Assembly (NCBI GenBank): GCA_038871515.1
Contig: JAVZHX010000001.1
Span: 32,001 to 96,000 of the forward strand
Direction: 5' to 3'
DNA: 64,000 bases
Source of the DNA: Candidatus Micrarchaeia archaeon
GTDB lineage: Archaea > Micrarchaeota > Micrarchaeia > Burarchaeales > Fermentimicrarchaeaceae
The position numbers and the translations under genes are program-made. The first letter of the stretch is position 1, and every line of letters starts with the position of its first letter. The notes under the pieces are model-generated. The model was not told the DNA's origin. It was given only the letters and a program-made list of their open reading frames with translations, and ran no database searches. Below, in pieces: positions 25,998-34,634 of this stretch.

Positions 25998-26266
25998 GGC
26001 TCGCAGACGAGGGGAGAGATATCTCTGAACCTTCTTAACGCCTCCTTTCCCTTCTCATTTAGCACATAACCTTCGCGCTGTTTGCTCACAAGCATATTCT
26101 CCTCGGCAAACCTCAAGCACTCCAGAACTTCCTTTTTATTTATCTTGGTAATTTTCGTTATCTCAGGTAAAACCTGTGGTTGCTCCTCTATGGATTCCAT
26201 TACCGCAAGGCATGTGCTGCATGCGAACTTCTTCAACAACCCAAACTCCTCCTTCTCACCACTCAT
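25994..26266 (-). CDS. Small winged-helix protein (ArsR/HTH-like) with CxxC
   Basis: FACSTCLAV...YVLNEKG wing pattern. Confidence 0.6.
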   Translation of the reverse strand: MSGEKEEFGLLKKFACSTCLAVMESIEEQPQVLPEITKITKINKKEVLECLRFAEENMLVSKQREGYVLNEKGKEALRRFRDISPLVCEP

Positions 26267-26368
26267 GTATATTTTTCTGTTTTTTGTGGTTTATAAATTT
26301 AGTGGAAAGTTATACGACAGATGACGAGTGGGGTTATATTTATAAATAAAGTGGTGCATAAGTTAAGC

Positions 26369-26426
26369 AAACGTAAGGAAGGGTTCTCTGACTGCGTATG
26401 CTGAAGGAAAGCTCTTTCTGACGTTT
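26369..26426 (+). promoter_or_regulatory. Structured 5' leader of the TRAM gene
   Basis: AAACGT/ACGTTT plus AGGAAGGGTT/AGCTCTTTCT stem between the TATA box (about 26340) and the RBS (26434). Confidence 0.5.
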
Positions 26427-26445
26427 TAAAGAAGAGGTGTAAAGA

Positions 26446-26673
26446 ATGGAATTTGGAAGAAAAGCTGACTTTGGCCCTAAACCTGTTCAGGTGGGCGATG
26501 AGAGAGATGTGACAATAGAAGCAGTTGCTTCAAAGGGAGATGGAATAGCAAAGGTTGAGGGATTTGTGATTTTTGTCCCCAACACGAAAGTTGGAGAGAA
26601 ACTTAGGGTAAGAATAACTGAAGTGAAAAGAACGTGTGCAATTGCTGAGAAAATAGGGGAAGCAACAGTTTAA
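26446..26673 (+). CDS. Single TRAM-domain RNA chaperone
   Basis: PVQVGDERDVTIEAVASKGDGIAKVEGFVIFVP. Confidence 0.95.
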   Translation: MEFGRKADFGPKPVQVGDERDVTIEAVASKGDGIAKVEGFVIFVPNTKVGEKLRVRITEVKRTCAIAEKIGEATV

Positions 26674-26715
26674 ACTGAAATGCTTTTTCTTTTATTTTCC
26701 TCTCTCTAGCGTATG

Positions 26716-27345
26716 CTACATCTCCTTTGTGAGTTTCTCAAGCAGGGAGGAAGGGAGTGTTTTTTTAGAAGCGAGAGCTTTCTCAAAAGCAGCCCTTATT
26801 GCTGGGTATCCTTCAGTTAAACCTCTCCAAGAGCCACTTACTATTCTTCCTTGAGGAGTTTTAATTCCAATTCCAAAGTCCACCCAGTCCTGTAGGTTAG
26901 CATTTCTCTCCAGCAGCATTTTTAGAGAAACCTCTGCTTTTGCGTTGGATGGTTCGTTTGCTCGGACTGATGACCAGTATGCAACGTTCTCAATGTTCTC
27001 TGCTGTTTTCTCTAAATTTATTCTCAACTCAAGCAGTTCATTAAGCCTTTCCCTCATCTCAAAAGAGGAGCTGAGCAACCACTCATCCTCCTTTGGTTTA
27101 ACTCTCTTGAAAAACTTGCTTATTCTTATCACAATTGATTTGAAAGAAATCAGCTCTGGGGGGGATTTTTTCAGCATTTCCTCGCAGCTTTTTATTTTTG
27201 GTTCAATAATATCACGCGAGTAGTTTTTCAACGAGTTGCCAAGCGAGTGAAGTTTTTGGGAGGATGCTTTCCAGAAGTTCACCTCGCATCTCTCCCTTGC
27301 TTTCTTTTCTGCAAGAAGTGGTTCAAAAGTCTCAACTGTTTCCAT
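26716..27345 (-). CDS. Hypothetical protein
   Basis: 209-aa helical ORF; no motif. Confidence 0.55.
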   Translation of the reverse strand: METVETFEPLLAEKKARERCEVNFWKASSQKLHSLGNSLKNYSRDIIEPKIKSCEEMLKKSPPELISFKSIVIRISKFFKRVKPKEDEWLLSSSFEMRERLNELLELRINLEKTAENIENVAYWSSVRANEPSNAKAEVSLKMLLERNANLQDWVDFGIGIKTPQGRIVSGSWRGLTEGYPAIRAAFEKALASKKTLPSSLLEKLTKEM

Positions 27346-27379
27346 AAGTGTTATCCTGCAGGGGAGTATAAAAACTCAT

Positions 27380-27766
27380 CTATTTCTCAAGCAGAACTGC
27401 ATTCACAACTCCGTGCTGTCCTGGCCTGCTGGTTACCCTTGCCTTTCCTATTTCTGTTTCTATAACTGCTCCTTTTGTGATTATATTCATTCTCGCATGG
27501 TGCCTGTTATCTGGCGATTCCAAAACTGATTTTATTTTTGCTTTTTTTATTCCTTGGGGAGTTGCAACGTTCGCAAAAGAAGCTCTTTTGAGTTTTATTT
27601 TTTCCCTCCCTCCCCTTGTTCTTTCAACTCGTGCAAGTGGTTTCTCATCTATTTTCGTGCTCGTGAATGCACCGCCAACTTCGTGCAGGCGCTTATCCCT
27701 AAATTTTCTTAGTTTCTTGCCGCTTCCAGTTGTTTTCCTCTTTGGTTTTCCGTGAAATTGCTCCAT
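27380..27766 (-). CDS. rps8e: 30S ribosomal protein S8e
   Basis: RTRGG..K, NIITKGAVIETEIGKARVTSRPGQHGVVNAVL; RBS AGGTG before ATG 27766. Confidence 0.97.
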   Translation of the reverse strand: MEQFHGKPKRKTTGSGKKLRKFRDKRLHEVGGAFTSTKIDEKPLARVERTRGGREKIKLKRASFANVATPQGIKKAKIKSVLESPDNRHHARMNIITKGAVIETEIGKARVTSRPGQHGVVNAVLLEK

Positions 27767-27807
27767 ATGAACACCTTTTTTATACAAGTTTTTTTATTAT
27801 TATTCCT

Positions 27808-28296
27808 ATGGAGTTCAGAGTTATTCCAGCAAGGACGAAGTTCCAGGATGTTGAGGCGCTTCTCTCCAGGATGAGGGAAGTTTCAAAGAGGAGAAAAGCT
27901 GTCATCCAAGCCTTCGACCCGGATATGGTTCTCTCTGAAAACCACCTTATATTTTCCGCTCAGCATGCTTTTAATGCTTTTGCTGAACGGAAAGCAGTTG
28001 CCAAAAAAATTGAGAGCGAGCTGTTGCTGTGGGCGGGTGCTACAAGGAGAATTGAGGAAGCTGTTAAGAGAGTTGGCGTGAAGGATCCGAAAAAGGTTGT
28101 TTTTCTTATTGAAAGAGGGAAGGAAGGGGTGCTGGAGGAGCTGGAAGCGGAAAGGGATGATTCAGTTTTGAAAATGAGCAAGGAGAAGGTGAGCAGAATA
28201 ATTCATACGTTCAAAATAAATGAGAGAGCATGCGAGTGCTATTCGCTGGAGGAGCTTTTACTTGAAAAAATTGCAATGCAGGCGCTTGAAAGGTAG
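27808..28296 (+). CDS. cgi121: KEOPS complex subunit Cgi121
   Basis: QAFDPDMV.SENHL..SAQHA, ELLLWAGATRRIEEAVKRVG, LLEKIA. Confidence 0.85.
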   Translation: MEFRVIPARTKFQDVEALLSRMREVSKRRKAVIQAFDPDMVLSENHLIFSAQHAFNAFAERKAVAKKIESELLLWAGATRRIEEAVKRVGVKDPKKVVFLIERGKEGVLEELEAERDDSVLKMSKEKVSRIIHTFKINERACECYSLEELLLEKIAMQALER

Positions 28297-28977
28297 TTAT
28301 CTGAACTCCTCGCTGAGCACTCTTTTAATCAACTTTGCTTTCTTCTTTCCAATTTTTTCAACTTCCCTCAACTCCTGCTCGCTCGCCTTCATAATGTTCT
28401 CTATTGTTTTGAATTTTTTCAGCAAAGCAACAGCGAGCTTTGGCCCAACTCCCGGTATGGATTCAACAACCATCCTCTGCTGCTCTGCAAGCGTGAGCGC
28501 TTTTTTGTTTCCTTTCAATCTCACAACCACTTCTTTCTCAAGCTGCTCTCTTCTTGCAAGAGCGAAAATCAGCTCAGCAGTTCCCTCCAAATCTCTTGTG
28601 AAGAAAACCTGAATCCCATAATCCAGTATAAGCGCAGAAAGCGCTCCAAGAAGAGCATTTCTGTTCACCCTCTCCTCAAATTCCTCTCCCTCAACTATCA
28701 TAATACATTTCTCAAAGTTGTCAATCATGTTTTCGGCTTGCTTGAAAAGCCTTCCGTCAATTATTGAGCTTTCAAAATCGCTTCTCGTTTTTCTTTCAAC
28801 AACCGCTCTCTCTGAAATTATGAAGTCACCAACAGGGAGAGTTTTTATTTTAACGACTGCTCCAAGCTCCCTCAGAATATCCGCAACAGCGCATCTGCTC
28901 TCCTTCTCATCCACAAATACTTCCACCCAGTTTTTCTTTTCCTTCTCTGAAAATTCAGGCAGAGAGCTCTGCTCCAT
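28297..28977 (-). CDS. xpf: XPF/ERCC4 structure-specific nuclease (short form with HhH)
   Basis: VDEKE, GDF, VERKT..DF..SIIDGRL, IPGVGPKLA. Confidence 0.9.
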   Translation of the reverse strand: MEQSSLPEFSEKEKKNWVEVFVDEKESRCAVADILRELGAVVKIKTLPVGDFIISERAVVERKTRSDFESSIIDGRLFKQAENMIDNFEKCIMIVEGEEFEERVNRNALLGALSALILDYGIQVFFTRDLEGTAELIFALARREQLEKEVVVRLKGNKKALTLAEQQRMVVESIPGVGPKLAVALLKKFKTIENIMKASEQELREVEKIGKKKAKLIKRVLSEEFR

Positions 28978-29009
28978 TCAGTCACCACTTAAAATTAGCA
29001 GATACTTGT

Positions 29010-29351
29010 TTATTTGTGTTCCTTTAACCATCGCTCCATTTCCTTCTTAACAGAATCAAACTTTATTTTCTCTATCGCACCTTTCAGCATGCGCAGTTTA
29101 ACTTCATCCGGCAGTTTTGACTCAGAGCAGAAGCCGAATGCATGCCTGCAGACTGATTCGTGGGGTGTTTCCTTTGCAACTGTGCAGATAAGCGCTGCTT
29201 TCCTCTCATCAACTAAATCCAGCTTCTTAATTCTGTCTATTGCAGCTTTGCATACCTCTGGGTTTTTGTGGGAAATCGCTATCTCAACAAGCTCCTCAGG
29301 GTTGTTTATCAAGTTCAATTTAAGTTTTTCCACAAGCGAGATACCGGGCAT
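29010..29351 (-). CDS. Hypothetical helical (HEAT-like) protein
   Basis: Repeating pattern EIA...PEVCKAAI / TVA...ESVCRHAF. Confidence 0.5.
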   Translation of the reverse strand: MPGISLVEKLKLNLINNPEELVEIAISHKNPEVCKAAIDRIKKLDLVDERKAALICTVAKETPHESVCRHAFGFCSESKLPDEVKLRMLKGAIEKIKFDSVKKEMERWLKEHK

Positions 29352-29404
29352 AACTTCTTTTTTTACAAGCGGAGTTTATTAATTGTATGTATAAAAAATG
29401 AAAG

Positions 29405-30106
29405 TTAAATTGAGCTGCAGAACTCCTCAATTTCTGAGAAGCTTATACTGCAGCCTGCAAACTTCAATCCATAAAGCACAGCTTCTATTGCACGCCTCTC
29501 CATGCTTCCATACTCCCTCAGCAAACCTCGCTCGTATCCCACTATCGCAAGCTCGGTGCTTCTGAAAAGATTTAACCCCTCTGTCGCATCCATAAATCTG
29601 CTCAAGTTTTTCTCATTAACCTGTATTTTTGTGCTGAACTCCGTTTCCATGTGTTTCTTCAGCTCATCAGGCGCTTCCACAAGCATCCTGGTTGTTCTCT
29701 CATCTATCATAATATTTTTAACGCCAAGCTCAACCGCAAGCGCAAGCGTTTCAGTTTCACCTTCGTGTATCAACTTAAGGTTCCTGCCGTTTATTGAGAA
29801 AATGCTGTTCCCAAGAGACAGAAGCTGAGAAGTTGCATTCCTCAGATTTGGAGTTTCAACAACTCGGATTGTTTTTTCAAGCAGAAGCTTCTTCAGCCTT
29901 ATTGCGCCAAGCGTGTGGGATTTCACTTCAAGCGGGTGGTCAACAGCCTCTCGCTCAACTGCTTTTGAAATTATGAAGTAGCCATCAAGAGTTTTGCTAA
30001 GTTCAGAAAGCATCCATAGTAAACACGAGTCGGATAAAGAGATAAGTGAGCTTGAATCGCAGACTATGGAATTCCGCGGTATGCTAGCGGAATATTTTTC
30101 TGACAT
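29405..30106 (-). CDS. PIN-domain protein (DUF3368-like)
   Basis: DSSSLISL, IHEGETETLALA, MIDERTTR acidic PIN residues. Confidence 0.75.
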   Translation of the reverse strand: MSEKYSASIPRNSIVCDSSSLISLSDSCLLWMLSELSKTLDGYFIISKAVEREAVDHPLEVKSHTLGAIRLKKLLLEKTIRVVETPNLRNATSQLLSLGNSIFSINGRNLKLIHEGETETLALAVELGVKNIMIDERTTRMLVEAPDELKKHMETEFSTKIQVNEKNLSRFMDATEGLNLFRSTELAIVGYERGLLREYGSMERRAIEAVLYGLKFAGCSISFSEIEEFCSSI

Positions 30107-30635
30107 TTTTAAGCCTCTCGCTGATTGATTTTGTTTTGCCAACTCTGTCGTGCATGAGAGTTTTACCAGAGTAGCTCAGCACAGCGCTCTCGCTTGTACC
30201 GGTAAGCTCAATCGCGTTACCCAGCGAGAAACCCTGTGCGTATAAGTAGGAGGCGAACTTCAATCTTGCTTTGTTGAAAAGGCTCTGCACATATCTTCTG
30301 TCCTCAGTGTCAAGCGCTTTCAGCTCTTCTGAAATTGAGCTAAGATAAATTTTCATCTCATCTGGCTTGTTCTCCTCAAGTGAAACAACTGCATTGTGTA
30401 AACTTTCCTCAACTTTTTCAATGAACTCCTTCTTCACCCTTTTAATCCAGTAACGTGGTTTCTCAAGAACTTTTGCAAGCACGTATGAAACAATCGCAAT
30501 GTCAAGAAGCTCTTTTTCCCCACCAATTGCAAATGAACTGACGCACCTATCGCTTATCTTCCTCAACTCTGAAAGCTCGTTTGTCATAAGCGCATTCAGC
30601 ATTTCCTTCAATGCTTCTGTCGTGGTGTAACCCAT
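30084..30635 (-). CDS. Hypothetical protein with a C-terminal UPF0175-like HTH
   Basis: LYAQGFSLGNAIELTGTS; overlaps the start of the PIN gene. Confidence 0.6.
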   Translation of the reverse strand: MGYTTTEALKEMLNALMTNELSELRKISDRCVSSFAIGGEKELLDIAIVSYVLAKVLEKPRYWIKRVKKEFIEKVEESLHNAVVSLEENKPDEMKIYLSSISEELKALDTEDRRYVQSLFNKARLKFASYLYAQGFSLGNAIELTGTSESAVLSYSGKTLMHDRVGKTKSISERLKNVRKIFR

Positions 30636-30755
30636 GTGCTTGATTTAGGTGGATGTGATTTAAATATCTCGCCTCCGCGTTGAATATTTTTTAGTTCAGA
30701 GAAGAAAAATGGAATTTTCCGAGAGAACGAAATATTTATATACCCCCTCATTTCT

Positions 30756-30798
30756 AATCATGACACAATCATGATTAAAACAAGCATTAGTCATGATA
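30756..30798. promoter_or_regulatory. Three phased TCATGA palindromes (putative operator)
   Basis: TCATGA at 30758, 30769 and 30791, just downstream of TTTATATA (30735). Confidence 0.5.
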
Positions 30799-30819
30799 CT
30801 CTCAGGAGGTTGTTGAGGA

Positions 30820-31191
30820 ATGTTCGACGTAAAAGTGGAGGAGGCTGAGAAGAAGAGTGTGGAGACGACGACTGTTGTCAAAAAAATTAAGGAAACAACT
30901 GAGATGGAGCTTCTTAGGGAGATTGTTGGTAGGCTTGAGGCAATAGAGGGCAGGCTGGAGGGAATTGAAAAGGAGCTGAAGAGGGAGATTGATGAGGAGA
31001 TTCTTGGGGATGTTGATGAGAAGATAATTGAGTTTGTTAAGAAAAACGGAAAGGTGTGCGCGGATGATTTGCAGAGAGCGTTCAATTATAAAGGGAAGAA
31101 TGCAGCGAGCGCGCGCTTGAATAAATTATATTCCCAGGGGCTGCTTGAGAAGAAGCAGGCTGGGAGGAGGGTGTATTACTTCGCGAAGTGA
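30820..31191 (+). CDS. Coiled-coil plus winged-helix transcriptional regulator
   Basis: DEKIIEFV...NAASARLNKL..GLLEKKQAGRRVYY. Confidence 0.75.
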   Translation: MFDVKVEEAEKKSVETTTVVKKIKETTEMELLREIVGRLEAIEGRLEGIEKELKREIDEEILGDVDEKIIEFVKKNGKVCADDLQRAFNYKGKNAASARLNKLYSQGLLEKKQAGRRVYYFAK

Positions 31192-31205
31192 TGCTGGCAA
31201 GGCGA

Positions 31206-31310
31206 CCATATAACTCTCTTTGTAAGGGGTGGTTCGGCCATAAGTTCACCTCCAACATGCGGGGTTTTGCCCCGCATGTTGCCATCACCCCAAAGCTAAT
31301 TCTATGAAAT
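31206..31310. repeat. GC-rich imperfect inverted repeat, attC-like
   Basis: Perfect 12-bp stem CAACATGCGGGG/CCCCGCATGTTG, outer GGGGTGGT/ATCACCCC pairing, ends CATATAAC ... TTCTATGAAAT. Confidence 0.55.
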
Positions 31311-31358
31311 CAGGAAGTGTTCCTAACTTTTATTACATTATGTTTATCACTTTGATTA

Positions 31359-32755
31359 CTACTCGAATACCGCGAGTATTTCTCCCTCTCCAATATCTTT
31401 CATTCCAGTTCTAATTCTCGTGTAATTTATATATAAGGTTCCGTAATACACCGCTCCAATGGTATTATTTTGCAATGGATTTCCATTCTCATCTGTGCAT
31501 TTTATCTCAAGCCAAGGTCTCTCCGGGTCATTTGCTTTTGCTATATACGCAGAAGTACCATTATTTATTGTGATGCTATACCCTCCATAAGACACATTCC
31601 ACGCATATCCACTCTTTCTACATGCGACACCGTTTATTTGTATGGGTTCGCCTATTTTCTGATTAATCTCAAGATCTAGACTGCCAGTTGCCGCATACAA
31701 TTTCTTTGTTATGCATTCCATTCCTGAGGGCAGGAGAAGTGTTTCTGAAAAGTGGTCCGTAAACTTCCCAACTGCAATTTTTGTTTCTCCAGTCTCGTTA
31801 ATAGTATAATTTACAAAAATCCATCCTACATAAATGTTATCAGTGCTGGTATTTTTAGGTACGTTCCCAGCAACATCAGTGCACCTCACTGCATGAGAAG
31901 TGCCAGGAAGGGATACCTCAGGAAGGAATGATGTAAATCTATATTTTGGGATTAGGATTACCGGGTCATCTGCATAGTTGTTTATGTAAGATGGTTGCGT
32001 CTTATTCTGTGTACATACAACACCGTTTATCAATATCGTTTCATTCTTGCTTGGGATGAGACGGAGTTTCAGATAACTTGTATCTGAGTAAACTTTAGCC
32101 TTGCAGAAGAACTCGCTAGACTGGAAAATACACTCCAACCTTGGTGGTTCAGGGGTATACTCAAGCTCAGAAACACGTAGGTAAAAAACCACAAATATTC
32201 CCGCAATACTAAGTAGGGTAAGGAGCGCAATGCGTATAGGGCTAAATCATACGTTTTCTCTGGTTTCTTTTCTACGATGTGAGTTATATCCTCAGATTTT
32301 TGTCTGGCGGATATTTTCTGAGCTACAACTCCTCCGGCCATCCCCAATACCCCACCCACGATAATGTAAAATGTAATTCTTATCAACAGCTCAACTGCTA
32401 TTGCCGTCACGGATCTAGCCCAGACTGCAGACACGTCTTCTCCCTCCTCCACTCTAAGAGGAGAAACAAAACGTACAAAATAGCCATACCCTCCTCCGAA
32501 TATAAGTAAAGCTACAAGCAACCTTGGCAATATGTAAGACATATAATTAACCAATGCTCCTGTCAGACCCGCTTCTATCAAGTCCAACCCATATTTCCTC
32601 ACTGCTGAGTAGCCAGCATAGAGAAGAATAATGCTACTAAGTAGTGGGGATAAGCAACATAATAAAGACAGTACTGGATCAAACATTGGAATGCCCACGA
32701 TGAGCAGCGCAATTGTTGGAATTAAGGATGCTCTCAGTATCTTCTTCCACTTCAT
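31359..32755 (-). pseudogene. Frameshifted membrane protein with two tandem pilin-type globular domains (ORFs 32069..32755 and 31359..32192)
   Basis: The hydrophobic segment continues across a frame change near 32210; the distal ORF resembles the globular domain of pilin 60558..61418 twice. Confidence 0.6.
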
Positions 32756-32778
32756 TCAACCACCTAGAGAATTCAAAT

Positions 32779-33195
32779 TTAACTTTTGTATGCTGCTCGC
32801 ATAATTATAGGGTAGAACATTATAAACATGAATACTAGTAACAAAATTGCTCCAGATAACAACGTCAGAATAAGCGTGATAAATAGCATTCTCTCATTCA
32901 GCTTCTTTTGGTTGATATTCGCCCAAGTCCACACTGTAAGCCCAATAATTCCACCTAAAAATAAGAAAATAACCAGAGTCGTTAAATCATCCATTTCTTC
33001 AAGCTTTTTATTGAAGACTTGCTCGTTCTTTCGTAGTTTATTAATGATGATCAAAAACATGTAGAACATTAAAAGTATAATCAGCATTACTAGTGAGGAA
33101 AAAAAATTCATATGGAAAACAAAAAACAGCATAGCAAATAATAGCACCACAACAAAAGCCAATAGCAAGTTGCGCTCTACTTTGAACATATTCAT
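32779..33195 (-). CDS. Hypothetical 4-TM membrane protein
   Basis: AT-rich, very hydrophobic ORF. Confidence 0.6.
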   Translation of the reverse strand: MNMFKVERNLLLAFVVVLLFAMLFFVFHMNFFSSLVMLIILLMFYMFLIIINKLRKNEQVFNKKLEEMDDLTTLVIFLFLGGIIGLTVWTWANINQKKLNERMLFITLILTLLSGAILLLVFMFIMFYPIIMRAAYKS

Positions 33196-33346
33196 ACTTC
33201 CTACTAGTTTGATGCTTTTTGAGCTATATAAATTTACTCTTTACGAGACTGAGTTTTATAAATATATTTTGTGGATGGTTTGTTGGCGGATTATCAGTCC
33301 ATCAGAAGGTATACGAGATTGTGAAGTCCACACTATTGCATGCCCC

Positions 33347-33520
33347 TTACAGTCTCTTCTTTTTCTTCTCTATCTCCTTTTTGAATTTTTCTATTTCTTT
33401 CTCATAATAATATACCAAATCAACATCCTTATCCTCGATGGCTCTGGAAAGCTTCTTTGAATGTTTATAGATCTGTCTTTCCAAGCTTTCAATCCCTTTT
33501 CTAATTCTCTTTTTTGACAT
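33347..33520 (-). CDS. Small basic helical protein (57 aa, not in the ORF track)
   Basis: RBS GAGGTGA; MSKKRIRKGIESLERQIYKH...YYYEKEIEKFKKEIEKKKKRL; overlaps the end of the MNT gene. Confidence 0.7.
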   Translation of the reverse strand: MSKKRIRKGIESLERQIYKHSKKLSRAIEDKDVDLVYYYEKEIEKFKKEIEKKKKRL

Positions 33521-34439
33521 CTTTCACCTCTTGAAGGAGATCCTCTAGTGCATCAACTAGCTTTACAAGCTCCTTTTTACTCATAGCGTATGCCTTTCTG
33601 CCATCTTTCTTTTCATTCCTATATACCTCAAAAGCTTTTTTAACAAGTTTTTTATCCTTAACAAATTCATTGAGCTTGTTTCTAACAGTCTCATAATCAG
33701 CACTTCCAGTTTCTAATATGCAGAGCAACCTGGCACGTAAAAAACAGGAGTAGCAAATGGCACCAATTATCCCATCGTCTATTTTAAAATTCAACATTTT
33801 TCTATTTATCTGTATTGCGCTCTCAGTTAATTCTAAATATTCTGAAATTTTCTCCTTTGGAATTTTGTACCCTCTTATCAACTCCGCCAAGCCATCCCCA
33901 AGTATTATCACACCTTTGTTTACGGCTTGTTTTAGCAAAAGAGGCTCAAAATTCAAATTGGCAATAAATTTTTCAGTTGTTAGAATATGCAAATCCAATT
34001 TTTCCATTCCTCCCAAAGCTTTCTCAATCTTTTCTTTGATTTCTTTGGGGACTACCAAAATGATATCGATGTCCCGTTTATCCCTCTCTTTCTTATCCAC
34101 AATTGAGCCGTATACTACAAAAAGCTGAAGCTCATTCAAAAATGGCAACAGGTTATCTACGATTTCGGATAGAGATGGGTGAGTATTTATTATCTGCGTT
34201 ATTCTCAGCCACCTCTCAGGTGCTATTGCGATATAGCGGCCTTTTGCAGGGGAAAAAATAGCCTTTTCAATTTTTAATTTGTATAACTCTTTTTTTGTTC
34301 TTTCCTTTTCAAAATTTAGTAAGGCAGATGCTCTATCCAAATCTAGCTCTTTTTCCCTAGAGAGTTTTGTAAGATATCCAAGTTGCCTGCTGCTTAACAT
34401 GGTCTCTATTATAGTGACCTTAATATTTAAAGCTTTCAT
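33501..34439 (-). CDS. wHTH plus minimal nucleotidyltransferase (MNT) plus helical domain protein
   Basis: VYGS....RDIDIILV, DLH; N-terminal HTH-like region. Confidence 0.75.
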   Translation of the reverse strand: MKALNIKVTIIETMLSSRQLGYLTKLSREKELDLDRASALLNFEKERTKKELYKLKIEKAIFSPAKGRYIAIAPERWLRITQIINTHPSLSEIVDNLLPFLNELQLFVVYGSIVDKKERDKRDIDIILVVPKEIKEKIEKALGGMEKLDLHILTTEKFIANLNFEPLLLKQAVNKGVIILGDGLAELIRGYKIPKEKISEYLELTESAIQINRKMLNFKIDDGIIGAICYSCFLRARLLCILETGSADYETVRNKLNEFVKDKKLVKKAFEVYRNEKKDGRKAYAMSKKELVKLVDALEDLLQEVKDVKKEN

Positions 34440-34634
34440 TAGTTTTTGTAAGATTTATTGTTTTACTAACTTTAAATGTTATGGAGTATTGCTTTTAGCC
34501 TTAACAGCGACACCTAACCAGAACCATCAGCTCCTCACACTCTTTCTGGTCCCTAAGCAATATCTCTTTGTATCTAACTTCCGGGGTTTTATGGTTAACC
34601 ACACCATCACGGCATGATAAATAGAAGCACTTAG

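Noticed and set aside
26320..26420. Box C/D sRNA (several CTGA)
   Set aside because: No good C box downstream of the TATA element; better explained as the TRAM leader
34500..34630. Short minus-strand open frame downstream of smc
   Set aside because: No convincing start, RBS or recognisable motif
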